From positions 186,001-250,000 of the forward strand of contig NIVC01000773.1 in assembly GCA_002269645.1 (NCBI GenBank): DNA of 64,000 nucleotides. The letters are read 5' to 3'. How positions within the stretch are numbered: the first letter of the stretch is position 1; each line of letters begins with the position of its first letter. Positions 49,659 through 63,215 of this stretch are shown here, one piece after another. The stretch is from Macrostomum lignano (lineage: Eukaryota). The translations under genes and the position numbers were made by a program. The notes under the pieces were generated by a model. It was given only the letters and a program-made list of their open reading frames with translations, was not told the origin of the DNA and made no database searches.

Positions 49659-50419
49659 TACGCTCGTAGAGATTGATATACGCTGAAAACAGTCAGCCAT
49701 AAGATTTAATGTTGTCGAGGTGACTACATGCCATGCCGTAAGAGATACTTTGAGAAATACGAGCTAAAATTGGCTTAAAATTAGATTTTATTTTCATTCC
49801 CAGAAACTTCTTAATCAAGCCAGCCAGTCCCCCAAACTTGACTGCCAAGCCAGAGCGGCAGTCCCACCGCAGCCACCGCGGCCAGTCATAAACCACATGC
49901 GGTTGCTCACCCCAGCTCAGCTCGGTCAGATGAGATGTTAAAGCGGAACCAGAACTCGAATCCAACTCGATCCCCAACCCGACTCCAAACCCCTCCTCCC
50001 AGCCGGAATTTATTACCCAATCGTGGATTTTCTGCAGCATGTGCTCAGCTCGGCGTTAGTTGAGCATGCGGCCTGAGCAAGCAGCCTACCAGCGAGGCAA
50101 CGGGCATCTCCCGCATACGGAATCGCTCCCGGGAGAGGATTAGAAATGAAGGTGTAGGAATCCCACAGAAATTCTGGTTAAGACCTATGTGGGATTTGGG
50201 AAGCGGGCCAACTCTTCATAGCTTCCATAGGCATAACTCAAAAACTGCTTGGGCAACGCAATCCGGTAGGTTGCCTCATTGACTGAGAGCTGCTGCTGCT
50301 GCCGTCCCAGATTGTTCATTATGAATGACTGAAGATTTATGGGGATGCCAATTAGCAACTTGGATGGGAGCGGCTGAGAGCGGCTGGCGAAATTGGGGGG
50401 AAGGGGAGCTCGAACCGGG

Positions 50420-51490
50420 GATCTGGGAGGCTGGCCCAGCAACTGAGGATCTGGGAGGCTGGCCCAGCAACTGAGGATCTGAGATGCTGGCTCAGCAACT
50501 GAGGATCTGAGATGCTGGCTCAGCAACTGAGGATCTGAGATGCTGGTTCAGCAACTGAGGATCTGAGATGCTGGCCCAGCAACTGAGGATCTGAGATGCT
50601 GGCTCAGCAACTGAGGATCTGAGATGCTGGCTCAGCAACTGAGGATCTGAGATGCTGGCCCAGCAACTGAGGATCTGAGATGCTGGCTCAGCAACTGAGG
50701 ATCTGAGATGCTGGCTCAGCAACTGAGGATCTGAGATGCTGGCCCAGCAACTGAGGATCTGAGATGCTGGCTCAGCAACTGAGGATCTGAGATGCTGGCT
50801 CAGCAACTGAGGATCTGAGATGCTGGCTCAGCAACTGAGGATCTGAGATGCTGGCTCAGCAACTGAGGATCTGAGATGCTGGCTCAGCAACTGAGGATCT
50901 GAGATGCTGGCCCAGCAACTGAGGATCTGAGATGCTGGCTCAGCAACTGAGGATCTGAGATGCTGGCTCAGCAACTGAGGATCTGAGATGCTGGCTCAGC
51001 AACTGAGGATCTGGGAGGCTGGCCCAGCAACTGAGGATCTGGGAGGGTGGCCCAGCAACTGAGGATCTGGGAGGCTGGCCCAGCAACTGAGGATCTGGGA
51101 GGCTGGCCCAGCAACTGAGGATCTGGGAGGCTGGCCCAGCAACTGAGGATCTGGGAGGCTGGCCCAGCAACTGAGGATCTGGGAGGCTGGCCCAGCAACT
51201 GAGGATCTGGGAGGCTGGCCCAGCAACTGAGGATCTGGGAGGCTGGCCCAGCAACTGAGGATCTGGGAGGCTGGCCCAGCAACTGAGGATCTGGGAGGGC
51301 AGCGCCAGCCGGCAGCAGAAAACTGAGTATCTGGGAGGCTGGTGGTTCAGGCTGAGGATCTGACAGGCTGGAGGCCCAGCAACTGAGGAGCTGGAGGCTG
51401 GCCCAGCGACTGAGGATCTGGGAGGCTGGTAGCCTAGCATCTGAGGATCTGGGTGGCCCAGCAACTGAGGATCTAGGAGGCTGGCCCAGC
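50420..51490. repeat. 28-bp minisatellite CAGCAACTGAGGATCTG(AGAT/GGAG)GCTGGC(T/C)
   Basis: Direct reading; two variant domains with a switch near 51010. Confidence 0.95.
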
Positions 51491-52399
51491 ATCTGAGAAT
51501 CAGGGAAGCTGGAGTCTCAGTCTCAGGATCATCATCCAAGGAAAAATTAAAAAGGGTAAACATGGCACTTTTCCAATACTCAGCAAACTTCAGCTTGCTG
51601 GCAAACCCGGAGAAAATGTTTAAAATCGCACGAACGTCAAACCAAAGTCGATTAAAAACAGGCCGACATTCCTAGAACTCACTGCTCAGCGAAATATTTT
51701 TTCCCAATTTACATGGCTGACTGAAGCTGCTTTCAAAATGGATTAATTCATATTTGAAACCAATACTGACAGCCCTGTTCAGGCATCCTATCTCAGGTGC
51801 ACCAGGCAGACAGGGCAGCAATTTTCCGGTGCCCCCCCCCCTCACAGAGCTAATTACATCCGTCAGCCGGAATGCTTAAAGAGTAATTATTAAAACTTAA
51901 TCTTTACCATAGACACGAATTTCTAATTTAGAATTCGAGTATAATTTCTTAGCTGTTAGACGTAGAAAAGGTAATTAGGCCTCTTAATTATTAATATTGC
52001 CGTATTCGTGGGCTTGATGGGGTGGGTCACAGGGGGTCAGGAAGCAAGAGGAAGGGAAGAGGGATCTGTAGGTTACAATAGGATGGGACACGACAGCTGA
52101 CAACCTCTATCTGGCGAGGAGTTAATACGTGAAAGTCGCATTGAGTATGAGCTGTGGGCACGCGGATATCCCGGAAGCCTGGTATCAAGATTTCTGACAC
52201 AGCGAAACCCGATCGTCTTGAATGCAGACAAAGACCACTCGGCAGAGATCGGCTTTGAAATCACATCTGCTTTCATGTTTTTTAAATTGCCTGAAGTTTT
52301 GCAGATATCAATGATTGATAAATTAATTAGGGGTCATAAAGAGCTTCAACAACGGAAGTAACTAAGAAATTATGATTTTGAAAGGCTAAAATATGATTG

Positions 52400-53645
52400 G
52401 GCGCCAAACTAATCAACCCTGCGCCAAACTAATCATTCTGGCGCCAAACTAATCAATCCGGCGCCAAACTAATCAATCCTGGCGCCAAACTTATCAATCT
52501 TGCGCCAAACTTATCAACCTAGCGCCAAACTAATCCATCCTGGAACCAAACTAATCAATCCTGGCGCCAAACTAATCAATCCTGGAACCAAACTAATCAA
52601 TCTTGCGCCAAACTAATCAATCCTGGCGCCAAACTAATCAATCCTGGCGCCAAACTAATCAATCCTGGAACCAAACTAATCAATCCTGGAACCAAACTAA
52701 TCAATCCTGGAACCAAACTAATCAATCCTGGCGCCAAACTAATCAATCCTGGAACCAAACTAATCAATCCTGGAACCAAACTAATCAATCCTGGAACCAA
52801 ACTAATCAATCCTGGAACCAAACTAATCAATCCTGGCGCCAAACTAATCAATCCTGGAACCAAACTAATCAATCCTGGAACCAAACTAATCAATCCTGGA
52901 ACCAAACTAATCAATCCTGGAACCAAACTAATCAATCCTGGCGCCAAACTAATCAATCCTGGAACCAAACTAATCAATCCTGGAACCAAACTAATCAATC
53001 CTGGCGCCAAACTAATCAATCCTGGCGCCAAACTAATCAATCCTGGAACCAAACTAATCAATCCTGGAACCAAACTAATCAATCCTGGAACCAAACTAAT
53101 CAATCCTGGCGCCAAACTAATCAATCCTGGAACCAAACTAATCAATCCTGGAACCAAACTAATCAATCCTGGCGCCAAACTAATCAATCCTGGAACCAAA
53201 CTAATCAATCCTGGAACCAAACTAATCAATCCTGGCGCCAAACTAATCAATCCTGGAACCAAACTAATCAATCCTGGAACCAAACTAATCAATCCTGGAA
53301 CCAAACTAATCAATCCTGGCGCCAAACTAATCAATCCTGGAACCAAACTAATCAATCCTGGCGCCAAACTAATCAATCCTGGCGCCAAACTAATCAATCC
53401 TGGAACCAAACTAATCAATCCTGGAACCAAACTAATCAGTCCTGGAACCAAACTAATCAATCCTGGCGCTAAACTAATCCATCCGGCGCAAAACTAATCA
53501 ATCTGGCGCCAAACTTATCAATCTGGCGCCAAACTAATCAATCCAACGCAAAACTATTCCATCCAACGCTAAACTAATCAATCCAACGCTAAAATAATCC
53601 ATCCGGCGCCAAACTAATCAATCCGGCGCCAAACTAATCAATTGG
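52400..53645. repeat. 21-bp minisatellite AAACTAATCAATCCTGG(AACC/CGCC)
   Basis: Direct reading; degenerate edges. Confidence 0.95.
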
Positions 53646-53969
53646 GTGCTAAAATTAGTAACTCTCGCGCCAAATCCTGAGTCATCGTGAGTCATTAGCT
53701 TGTGCGTGACTTCCGAGATGACTTTTTTGAGGGTTCATTCATGCATGATTGTCTCAGCAGTTAAAAAATCCACGACATAAACGCATTGACATCCGGAATT
53801 CTTATTGGCTGAGCTGACTTCAAATTATCAATTATCACCCCAGATCCATTGTATTGAATATTGCCTTTGTCTGGGCGTTGTCGGATAATTGCTGAATTCC
53901 GCTCTCCTCACTTTAGTTTGGTGCTCAACTTTTGTGCCCATTCAAGTCTTCTTTTCGCTTTGAGTTGAT

Positions 53970-54266
53970 CTAACTCTCACTTTCACTCTCACTCTCCACT
54001 CACTCTCACTCTCATTCTCACTCTCACTCTCACTATCAATCTCACTCTCACTCTCAGACTTAGTCTCACTCTCAATCTCACTCTCGCACTCAGTCTGACT
54101 CTCACTCTCACTCTCAGACTTAGTCTCACTCTCAATCTCACTCTCGCACTCAGTCTGACTCTCACTCTCACTCTCAGACTTAGTCTCACTCTCAATCTCA
54201 CTCTTACTCTGACTCTCACTCTCATACTTAGTCTCACTCTCAATCTCACTCTCACTATCACTCTCC

Positions 54267-54362
<96 letters not shown>

Positions 54363-55180
54363 GACTTAGTCTCACTCTCAATCTCACTCTCGCACTCACT
54401 CTGACTCTCACTCTCACTCTCAGAGTTAGTCTCACTCTCAATCTCACTCTCACTATCACTATCAATCTCACTCTTACTCTCACTCTCACTCTCATACTTA
54501 GTCTCACTCTCAATCTCACTCTCACTCTCCCTCTCACCCTCACTATCACTATCAATCTCACTCTTACTCTCACTCTCACTCTCAGACTTAGTCTCACTCT
54601 CAATCTCACTCTCGCACTCACTCTGACTCTCACTCTCACTCTCAGAGTTAGTCTCACTCTCAATCTCACTCTCACTATCACTATCAATCTCACTCTTACT
54701 CTCACTCTCACTCTCATACTTAGTCTCACTCTCAATCTCACTCTCACTCTCCCTCTCACCCTCACTATCACTATCAATCTCACTCTTACTCTCACTCTCA
54801 CTCTCATACTTAGTCTCACTCTCAATCTCACTCTCACTCTCCCTCTCACCCTCACTATCACTATCAATCTCACTCTTACTCTCACTCTCACTCTCAGACT
54901 TAGTCTCACTCTCAATCTCACTCTCGCACTCACTCTGACTCTCACTCTCACTCTCAGAGTTAGTCTCACTCTCAATCTCACTCTCACTATCACTATCAAT
55001 CTCACTCTTACTCTCACTCTCACTCTCATACTTAGTCTCACTCTCAATCTCACTCTCACTCTCAATCTAGCTTTCACTCTCGCTCCCACTCTCACTCTTG
55101 ATCTCACTCTTACTCTCTTCCTTCTCTCATTCGTACTCTCACGCTCTTACTGACTCTCACTCTCACCCCCTCACTCGCCT
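53970..55180. repeat. (CTCACT)n hexamer array with higher-order blocks
   Basis: Direct reading. Confidence 0.95.
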
Positions 55181-56199
55181 CACTCATCACAGACAGCAAA
55201 TTGAATAGCACTTGTCACACAACAAAGGCACCAGGAGACACCTGACTCTGCTTGTGGCCCAACAACCGCCCGCCAGTCCTCCCCAGCAACCCCAGCAGCT
55301 GCCCTGTCAGCCTCATCTTGGCTTGTTTCTCCTCTCAGCAGCAACACCAGTTGAAACTACTGCAGAAAAAAACTCTCAGGTAAAAGCAGGCGGTGCACAA
55401 TTGCCGCTGAAGACGGGCTTCAAGTGAAGAAGGAACCAGCTGCATTGTTATTTTTACAGAAATTTCTTTGGCCATCTTAGACAATTACTGCTGCGTGACT
55501 GTGAACTGCTTCTTCCTTGACTTTTTAGCTCAGAGCGACAAAAACTCTTCATTATTGAAGAAACAGTCAAGGGAAATGTATATTAATTTTAAATCATGCA
55601 GCAATGGAAGACGCCAAAGTCAAGGTTTGGGTTGGGGAGGGGGCAGTGGACCTTCTCTGACTGAGTCAGCAGGCTGCAATTGATAAGGCTTAAAAAGCTC
55701 GCTGTTTTGAGTAAAGCGAGAAGCAACAGACAGGCCCAGGACAGACAAAGTGAAAGCGAAAGCAAAGATCTTCCCCAGCTAAGGTTTGTTCAGCTGCGCA
55801 CTGCCCACAGAAGCAGGGCGTTGCTGTCTATCTGGATCCCTTACTATTAGTTAATCCTGGCTTAGGGCACTTGAACATTTATTCCACTCCAGTGGGATCT
55901 TTAAGCCATGGCCTCGTTGTTGTCATGTGCTTAGCGGAGGGTATTATCCCCGTGTGCCCTCGGATCCCACACTGCAATTCGTTGCTGCCCGCGCTCTCGT
56001 GCATTGCGTCTACTTGACTTTTTACCCCCACCTGAGAGCAGTGCCTTTGCCCGTATTTCTTGAGCATTGGTCTTTGTCATTCTCGTCTCGTTTGGGCTCG
56101 TCTTTGTAAGCAGATATTGAAGATTCTTCTGCTGCAGCCTGCACCGCTTATTGCAAGTCAGACAATTAGCGAAGTGGTTAAATGACTGTCTTTCACCCG

Positions 56200-57010
56200 T
56201 TCCGCCCTTGTTCACCCATTCTGTCCTTCGATCATCCACTCTGTCCTTCATTCACCCATTTTATCCATAGATTTACCAATTCTGCCCTTCATTCACCCAT
56301 TCTATTCATAGATTCACCAATTCTGCCCTTCATTCACCCATTCTATTCATAGATTCACCAATTCTGCCCTTCATTCACCCATTCTATTCATAGATTCACT
56401 AACTCTGCCCTTCATTCACCCATTCTATTCATAGATTCACCAATTCTGCCCTTCATTCACCTATTCTATCCATAGATTCACCAATTCTGCCCTTCATTCA
56501 CCCATTTTATCCATAGATTCACCAATTCTGCCCTTCATTCACCCATTCTATTCATAGATTCACCAATTCTGCCCCTCATTCACCCATTCTATTCATAGAT
56601 TCACTAATTCTGCCCTTCATTCACCCATTCTATTCATAGATTCACCAACTCTGCCCTTCATTCACCCATTCTGACCCTCATTCACCCATTCTGCCCCTCA
56701 TTCACCCATTCTGCTCCTCATTCACCCATTCTGCGCCTCATTCACCCATTCTGCTCCTCATTCACCCATTCTGCCCTTCACTCACCCATTCTGCGCCTCA
56801 TTCACCCATTCTGCGCCTCATTCACCCATTCTGCCCTTCATTCACCCATTCTGCTCCTCATTCACCCATTCTGCCCTTCACTCACCCATTCTGCTCCTCA
56901 TTCACCCATTCTGTCCTTCACTCACCCATTCTTCCCCTCATTCACCTATTCTGCTCCTCATTCACCCATTCTGCTTCTCATTCACCCATTGAATCCACAG
57001 ATTCACCCAC
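56200..57010. repeat. Compound array: 41-bp dimeric unit changing to a 20-bp TCATTCACCCATTCTGCTCC-type monomer
   Basis: Direct reading; switch near 56660. Confidence 0.9.
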
Positions 57011-57929
57011 ACTCTCAGACCGCTCAGCACGCACTGGTGTTTAAGCCGGCAGCACTGACAAGAAAGCAAGTAAAATCACACTCTCCCCCGGCAGGTAACA
57101 AAGCAAAGACTATCCAACTTTTCCGTCTTTCCCACGACTTTTCTTCAGGGTGAAATTCCACGCTCAAGCCCACAAGCGGCCGCAAGAGACATGGCAAACA
57201 GGACCTGCAGCCCCAGAGAAGCCTGCAGGTTCACCCCGACGGAATGACTGACAGTACCCGGGCCAGCCTCTTGGGAAATTATTGCCCCACCTTGTTGCTT
57301 ATCTACGAAGTGGGGGAATGCATTTCTTAATCTTGTGTTTCATTTTTGGCTTCTTGCTTTCCTTTGTTATTTCAAATTCAGTGCATTATAAAATAGAGAT
57401 ATTATAAAGCGAAATTAGGATTTCAAGTAAATTTATTGAAACTGGGTTTCCATTCCAGATACTAACCCAAGGCGTCCCTGGTCCCCAAGGTCTCGCGGGT
57501 ATCCCTTGGGGATTTTCTGAGCGGACAAATTTCCTAACCCCTCCCCTTTTCTGCTTCTTCTTCGTGTCACTCACGGGGTGAAAAGGTGAAAATCTGTGAC
57601 AGATAAGCAGGCAGAGGCCCCAGAGGCAGCGCTGCACCCGCTGAGCACTGAGAATCCATTTGGTTAATGACGACCACATGGCTGCAAAACTGGGTGCCGC
57701 CTTCAAGTAGATCGATGCTGTCTCCGATATGCCCTTCTGCCTCATCCGGCAATCTGCATTGACTCCCGCCTTGGGGTGAAGGGCGCTCGGCGCTGCCTCC
57801 TGCAGTTTCGTCTGCTCTCTCCTTTGTAGCAGGGATAAATTTACAAATGGGGATTCTCAAGATGCAAGCTAAATATTGAACCGGCTAGTTCACTAATTTA
57901 AAGCATACCTGGGGTATAATATTTTTAGA

Positions 57930-59085
57930 TTAGCAATCCATTCTATTCCTGCATCAGTGATGCTGGCTAGATTAGCAATCCATTCTATTCCTTCATCAGT
58001 GATGTTGGCTAGATTAGCAATCCATTCTATTCCTTCATCAGTGATGTTGGCTAGATTAGCAATCCATTCTATTCCTTCATCAGTGATGCTGGCTAGATTA
58101 GCAATCCATTCTATCCTTCATCAGTGATGTTGGCTAGATTAGCAATCCATTCTGTTCCTTCATCAGTGATGCTGGCTAGATTAGCAATCCATTCTGTTCC
58201 TTCATCAGTGATGTTGGCTAGATTAGCAATCCACTCTATTCCTTGATCAGTGATGTTGGCTAGATTAGCAATCCATTCTAATCCTCCATCAGCGATGTTG
58301 GCTAGATTAGCAATCCATTCTATTCCTTTATCAGTGATGCTGGCTAGATTAGTAATTCATTCTATTCCTTCATCAGTGATGCTGGCTAGATTAGCAATCC
58401 ATTCTGTTCCTTCATCAGTGATGCTGGCTAGATTAGCAATCCATTCTGTTCCTTCATCAGTGATGTTGGCTAGATTAGCAATCCTTTCTATTCCTTCATC
58501 AGTGATGCTGGCTAGATTAGCAATCCATTCTATTCCTTCATCAGTGATGCTGGCTAGATTAGCAATCCATTCTATTCCTTCATTAGTGATGTTGGCTAGA
58601 TTAACAATCCATTCTATTCCTTCATTAGTGATGTTGGCTAGATTAGCAATCCATTCTATTCCTTCATTAGTGATGTTGGCTAGATTAGCAATCCATTCTA
58701 TTCCTTCATTAGTGATGTTGGCTAGATTAACAATCCATTCTATTCCATCATCAGTGATGCTGGCTAGATTAGCAATCCATTCTATCCTTCATCAGTGATG
58801 TTGGCTAGATTAGCAATCCATTCTGTTCCTTCATCAGTGATGCTGGCTAGATTAGCAATCCATTCTGTTCCTTCATCAGTGATGTTGGCTAGATTAGCAA
58901 TCCACTCTATTCCTTGATCAGTGATGTTGGCTAGATTAGCAATCCATTCTAATCCTCCATCAGCGATGTTGGCTAGATTAGCAATCCATTCTATTCCTTC
59001 ATCAGTGATGCTGGCTAGATTAGTAATTCATTCTATTCCTTCATCAGTGATGTTGGCTAGATTAGCAATCCATTCTATTCCTTCA
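57930..59085. repeat. 42-bp minisatellite TCAGTGATG(C/T)TGGCTAGATTAGCAATCCATTCTATTCCTTCA
   Basis: Direct reading; a variant block at ~58200-58400 is repeated at ~58870-59070. Confidence 0.95.
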
Positions 59086-59909
59086 GGATTAATTAAACTA
59101 AAGTCAGCTCTCCCAAATATTTCATTTAACCGCTGATGTTTCAACTGAGTTATAGCATTTCTTAGAATCCGCAGTCCTCCCCGTCCCAAATATCCCAGCA
59201 AGGCAGCTTGACAGCGTGACGGCCGATAAGAGAGACTTTATGGCGCAATTTGGGGGGGGGGGCTGGATAATTATATGCGAGCCAGAGGGCGGTGGGCCTC
59301 GCCAAGAATCTCATAAAGTCAGTTGAGTCACAGGCCGCGGCCCAGAGTGAATCAGCGAGGGGAATTATTATTGGGGGGAATTTTTTAGCAATGGTTTTTA
59401 AGTCGGCTAAGTGTGCTTGGGGGGGATTTTTATCCCAGAATCCGCAGCAGTGCTCTTGATTGAATTCCCTCAGCTCTCGTCTGTCCGGGGACTTCGCGCT
59501 TCTGTCGAACATACGCGGTCACTTAGCAATCAAATTAATAATTAATCACTCTCACTTGTGCTTTGGCCAGTTCTCAACCTCCTCCCCTAATTCCTCTCAC
59601 ACAAATCCCTTTTTAATTCTCTCCCTGTTCGCGCCTTTGCAAAGCAGCAAGATTGCAACAATGTGTCAGAATTGTGAAAGAAAAATTTGCTGGTAGCTCG
59701 CGTATTGATAAAATGTCAATTGAAATGATTGAATACCTGATTTGCTGTTTCTTTGTTTAGACAAAGAGCTTTTAAGTCTTTGTTTATCTGCGTCTTTAAT
59801 AAGAGCTCTGGAAAATGACAATAGACTTTGTTTACCATGATTAACTCGTCACCTGCTTAATTATAATTACCGGCCGTGTTATATTAATACCAAAATCCTA
59901 AAAATATAA

Positions 59910-60010
59910 CTCTGTGTCACTCTGTGTCACTCTGTGTCACTCTGTGTCACTCTGTGTCACTCTGTGTCACTCTGTGTCACTCTGTGTCACTCTGTGTCAC
60001 TCTGTGTCAC
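59910..60010. repeat. 10-bp tandem CTCTGTGTCA x10
   Basis: Direct reading. Confidence 0.95.
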
Positions 60011-60028
60011 TTCATCTGTCCCACTCAC

Positions 60029-60366
60029 CAATAACCGTCAGCGAGCCCTGGGTGCTGGTGTGTCCAAAGCCCTGTAGGCCTCGCACTTATAGGACCCATT
60101 GTGCCGCTGGTCCACCGCCGGCAGCTCCATGGTGCCGTTGGCGGTCACCCGGGAGTCGGAGAACTGCGACCCCGACGTGGAGCCGCAGTTCTGAACCGGC
60201 GAATTCTGGCACCGCACAATGGTTTTCCAGTCTGCGGAGGCGGCAGCGGCGAAGCTCCAGATGATGTACTCCGGGGTCGGCTGGAAGCCGCACTCCAGAA
60301 TGACGCTGGAGCCCCGCACTGCCGAGGCTCTGGGCATCGGGCGCTGCACCGACAGATCCGATGCAC
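60029..60366 (-). CDS. ed: Echinoid-like exon, Ig1 (contains a 1-nt frameshift near 60066-60072)
   Basis: Acceptor cccgcag| at 60367. Reads ASDLSVQRP...SVILECGFQPTPEYIIW...HNGSYKCEAY, then shifts frame to HTSTQGSLTVI G|gtgagt. Length is 338 nt although phases are 1/1. Confidence 0.8.
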
Positions 60367-60434
60367 CTGCGGGCAGATGACGGGATTTGGGATTTTGTGG
60401 ATTGATGTCTGCTGCATTGGGAGTTTAAATCGTT

Positions 60435-61808
60435 GGGATAATCCAATCTAATATAGGGATAATCCAGTGTACTATGGGTATAATCCAATCTAATATTGGG
60501 ATAATCCAGTGTAATATGGGGATAATCCTGTGTATTATGGGGATATTCCAGTGTATCATGTGGATAATCCCGTATATTATGGGATAATCCAGTGTATCAT
60601 GGGGATAATCCAGTGTATCATGGGGATAATCCAGTGTATCATGGGGATAATCCAGTGTATCATGGGGATAATCCAGTGTATCATGGGGATAATCCAGAGT
60701 ATTATGGGATAATCCAGTGTATCATGGGGATAATCCAGTGTATCATGGGGATAATCCAGTGTATCATGGGGATAATCCAGTGTAATATGGGGATAATCCA
60801 GTGTATTATGGGGATATTCCAGTGTATCATGTGGATAATCCCGTATATTATGGGATAATCCAGTGTATCATGGGGATAATTCAGTGTATCATGGGGATAA
60901 TCCTGTGTATCAAAGGGATAATCCAGTGTATCATGGGGATAATCCAGTGTATCATGGGGATAATCCAGTGTATCATGAGGGTAAATCCAGTGTATCATGG
61001 GGATAATCCAGTGTATTATGGGATAATCCAGTGTATCATGGGGATAATCCAGTGTATCATGGGGATAATCCAGTGTATCATGGGGATAATCCAGTGTATT
61101 ATGGGATAATCCAGTGTATCATGGGGATAATCCAGTGTATCATGGGGATAATCCAGTGTATCATGGGGATAATCCAGTGTATCATGGGGATAATCCAGAG
61201 TATTATGGGATAATCCAGTGTATCATGGGGATAATCCAGTGTATCATGGGGATAATCCAGTGTATCATGGGGATAATCCAGAGTATTATGGGATAAACCA
61301 GTGTATCATGGGATAATCCAGAGTATTATGGGGATAATCCAGTGTATTATGGGATAATCCAGTGTATTATGGGATAATCCAGTGTATCATGGGGATAATC
61401 CAGTGTATCATGGGGATAATCCAGTGTATCATGGGGATAATCCAGTGTATTATGGGATAATCCAGTGTATCATGGGGATAATCCAGTGTATCATGGGGAT
61501 AATCCAGTGTATCATGGGGATAATCCAGTGTATCATGGGGATGATCCAGTGTATCATAGGGATAATCCAGTGTATCATGGGGATAATCCAGTGTATTATG
61601 GGATAATCCAGTGTATCATGGGGATAATCCAGTGTCATCCAGTGGGGATAATCCAGTGTATGTATCATGGGGATAATCCAGAGTATTATGGGATAATCCA
61701 GTGTATCATGGGGATAATCCAGTGTATCATGGGGATAATCCAGTGTATCATGGGGATAATCCAGAGTATTATGGGATAAACCAGTGTATCATGGGGATAA
61801 TCCAGAGT
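60435..61808. repeat. 21-bp minisatellite GGGGATAATCCAGTGTATCAT
   Basis: Direct reading. Confidence 0.95.
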
Positions 61809-62639
61809 AACGCATGCAGACACGCTCACTCAGGGTGAGTACAGCAGCCCTGACATTCTACTCGTCAGGCATTGTGCACTCTCTGTGCCTTGGGTCCTGA
61901 ACTGCATGACAATGCAGAAAAATGTACTCGAAATTAATTAAATTGACCTAGCGCAGAATCGAGCCCAGGGTCACAGCGGCTGGAGAGCCAGACTCAGCCC
62001 TGGACCAATATTTGCTCTTTATAAGCCCGTGCCGGTGTGACGTAACTCTGCTTAAAAATCGTTTTGTCTTTTTTGCTGACTTCTTGGAGTTAAAAGGAAT
62101 AAAAGGAGTTAAAGTCTCTGGGAGGGACACTAGCTATCCAAATTTAATCGTCTTTTTGGAAAAAAAGGCACAAAAATTGCTCTTAAAAAAGAGAAACTGT
62201 CAGAATTGGCATCGTTAATCGGGGTGCGTCAGATAATCCCTGCCATTGGCTCTCCACTTTCCTGGGAGGAAAATCCTCCTTGAGAGTGAGGTCGCGGTTG
62301 GGGATTATCTTAGGCAACTCATTCGCCTTTCACTGAGAAAGCATGAGCCGTCTGTCCTGGCTGGCCAGAGTCAAAAATTGAATAACCCTCTGTCACGGCA
62401 TTTGAGTTTTAGAACGCCAGAATTGCCTGCTCAGTTCCTCCTGGCTTCCCCTCCATTGTCTGTCTGCGATTAACAATAACATTTACATGTGAGCTGTGGG
62501 CTTGGGCAATGCGCTCTGTGACAAACACAAGCTTGCAGTGGGACTTGCGTGACGCGCAATTAACCTGAGCTGCCTGAGCTGTCACCGACTCCCACCTTCT
62601 GGCCCCCGGCACACCTGCCTGATAGGGATGGCTGTGGGG

Positions 62640-63215
<576 letters not shown>

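Noticed and set aside
47603-59085. CRISPR-like appearance of the 21-42 bp repeats
   Set aside because: Units are head-to-tail with no unique spacers, there are no cas genes, and the context is eukaryotic.
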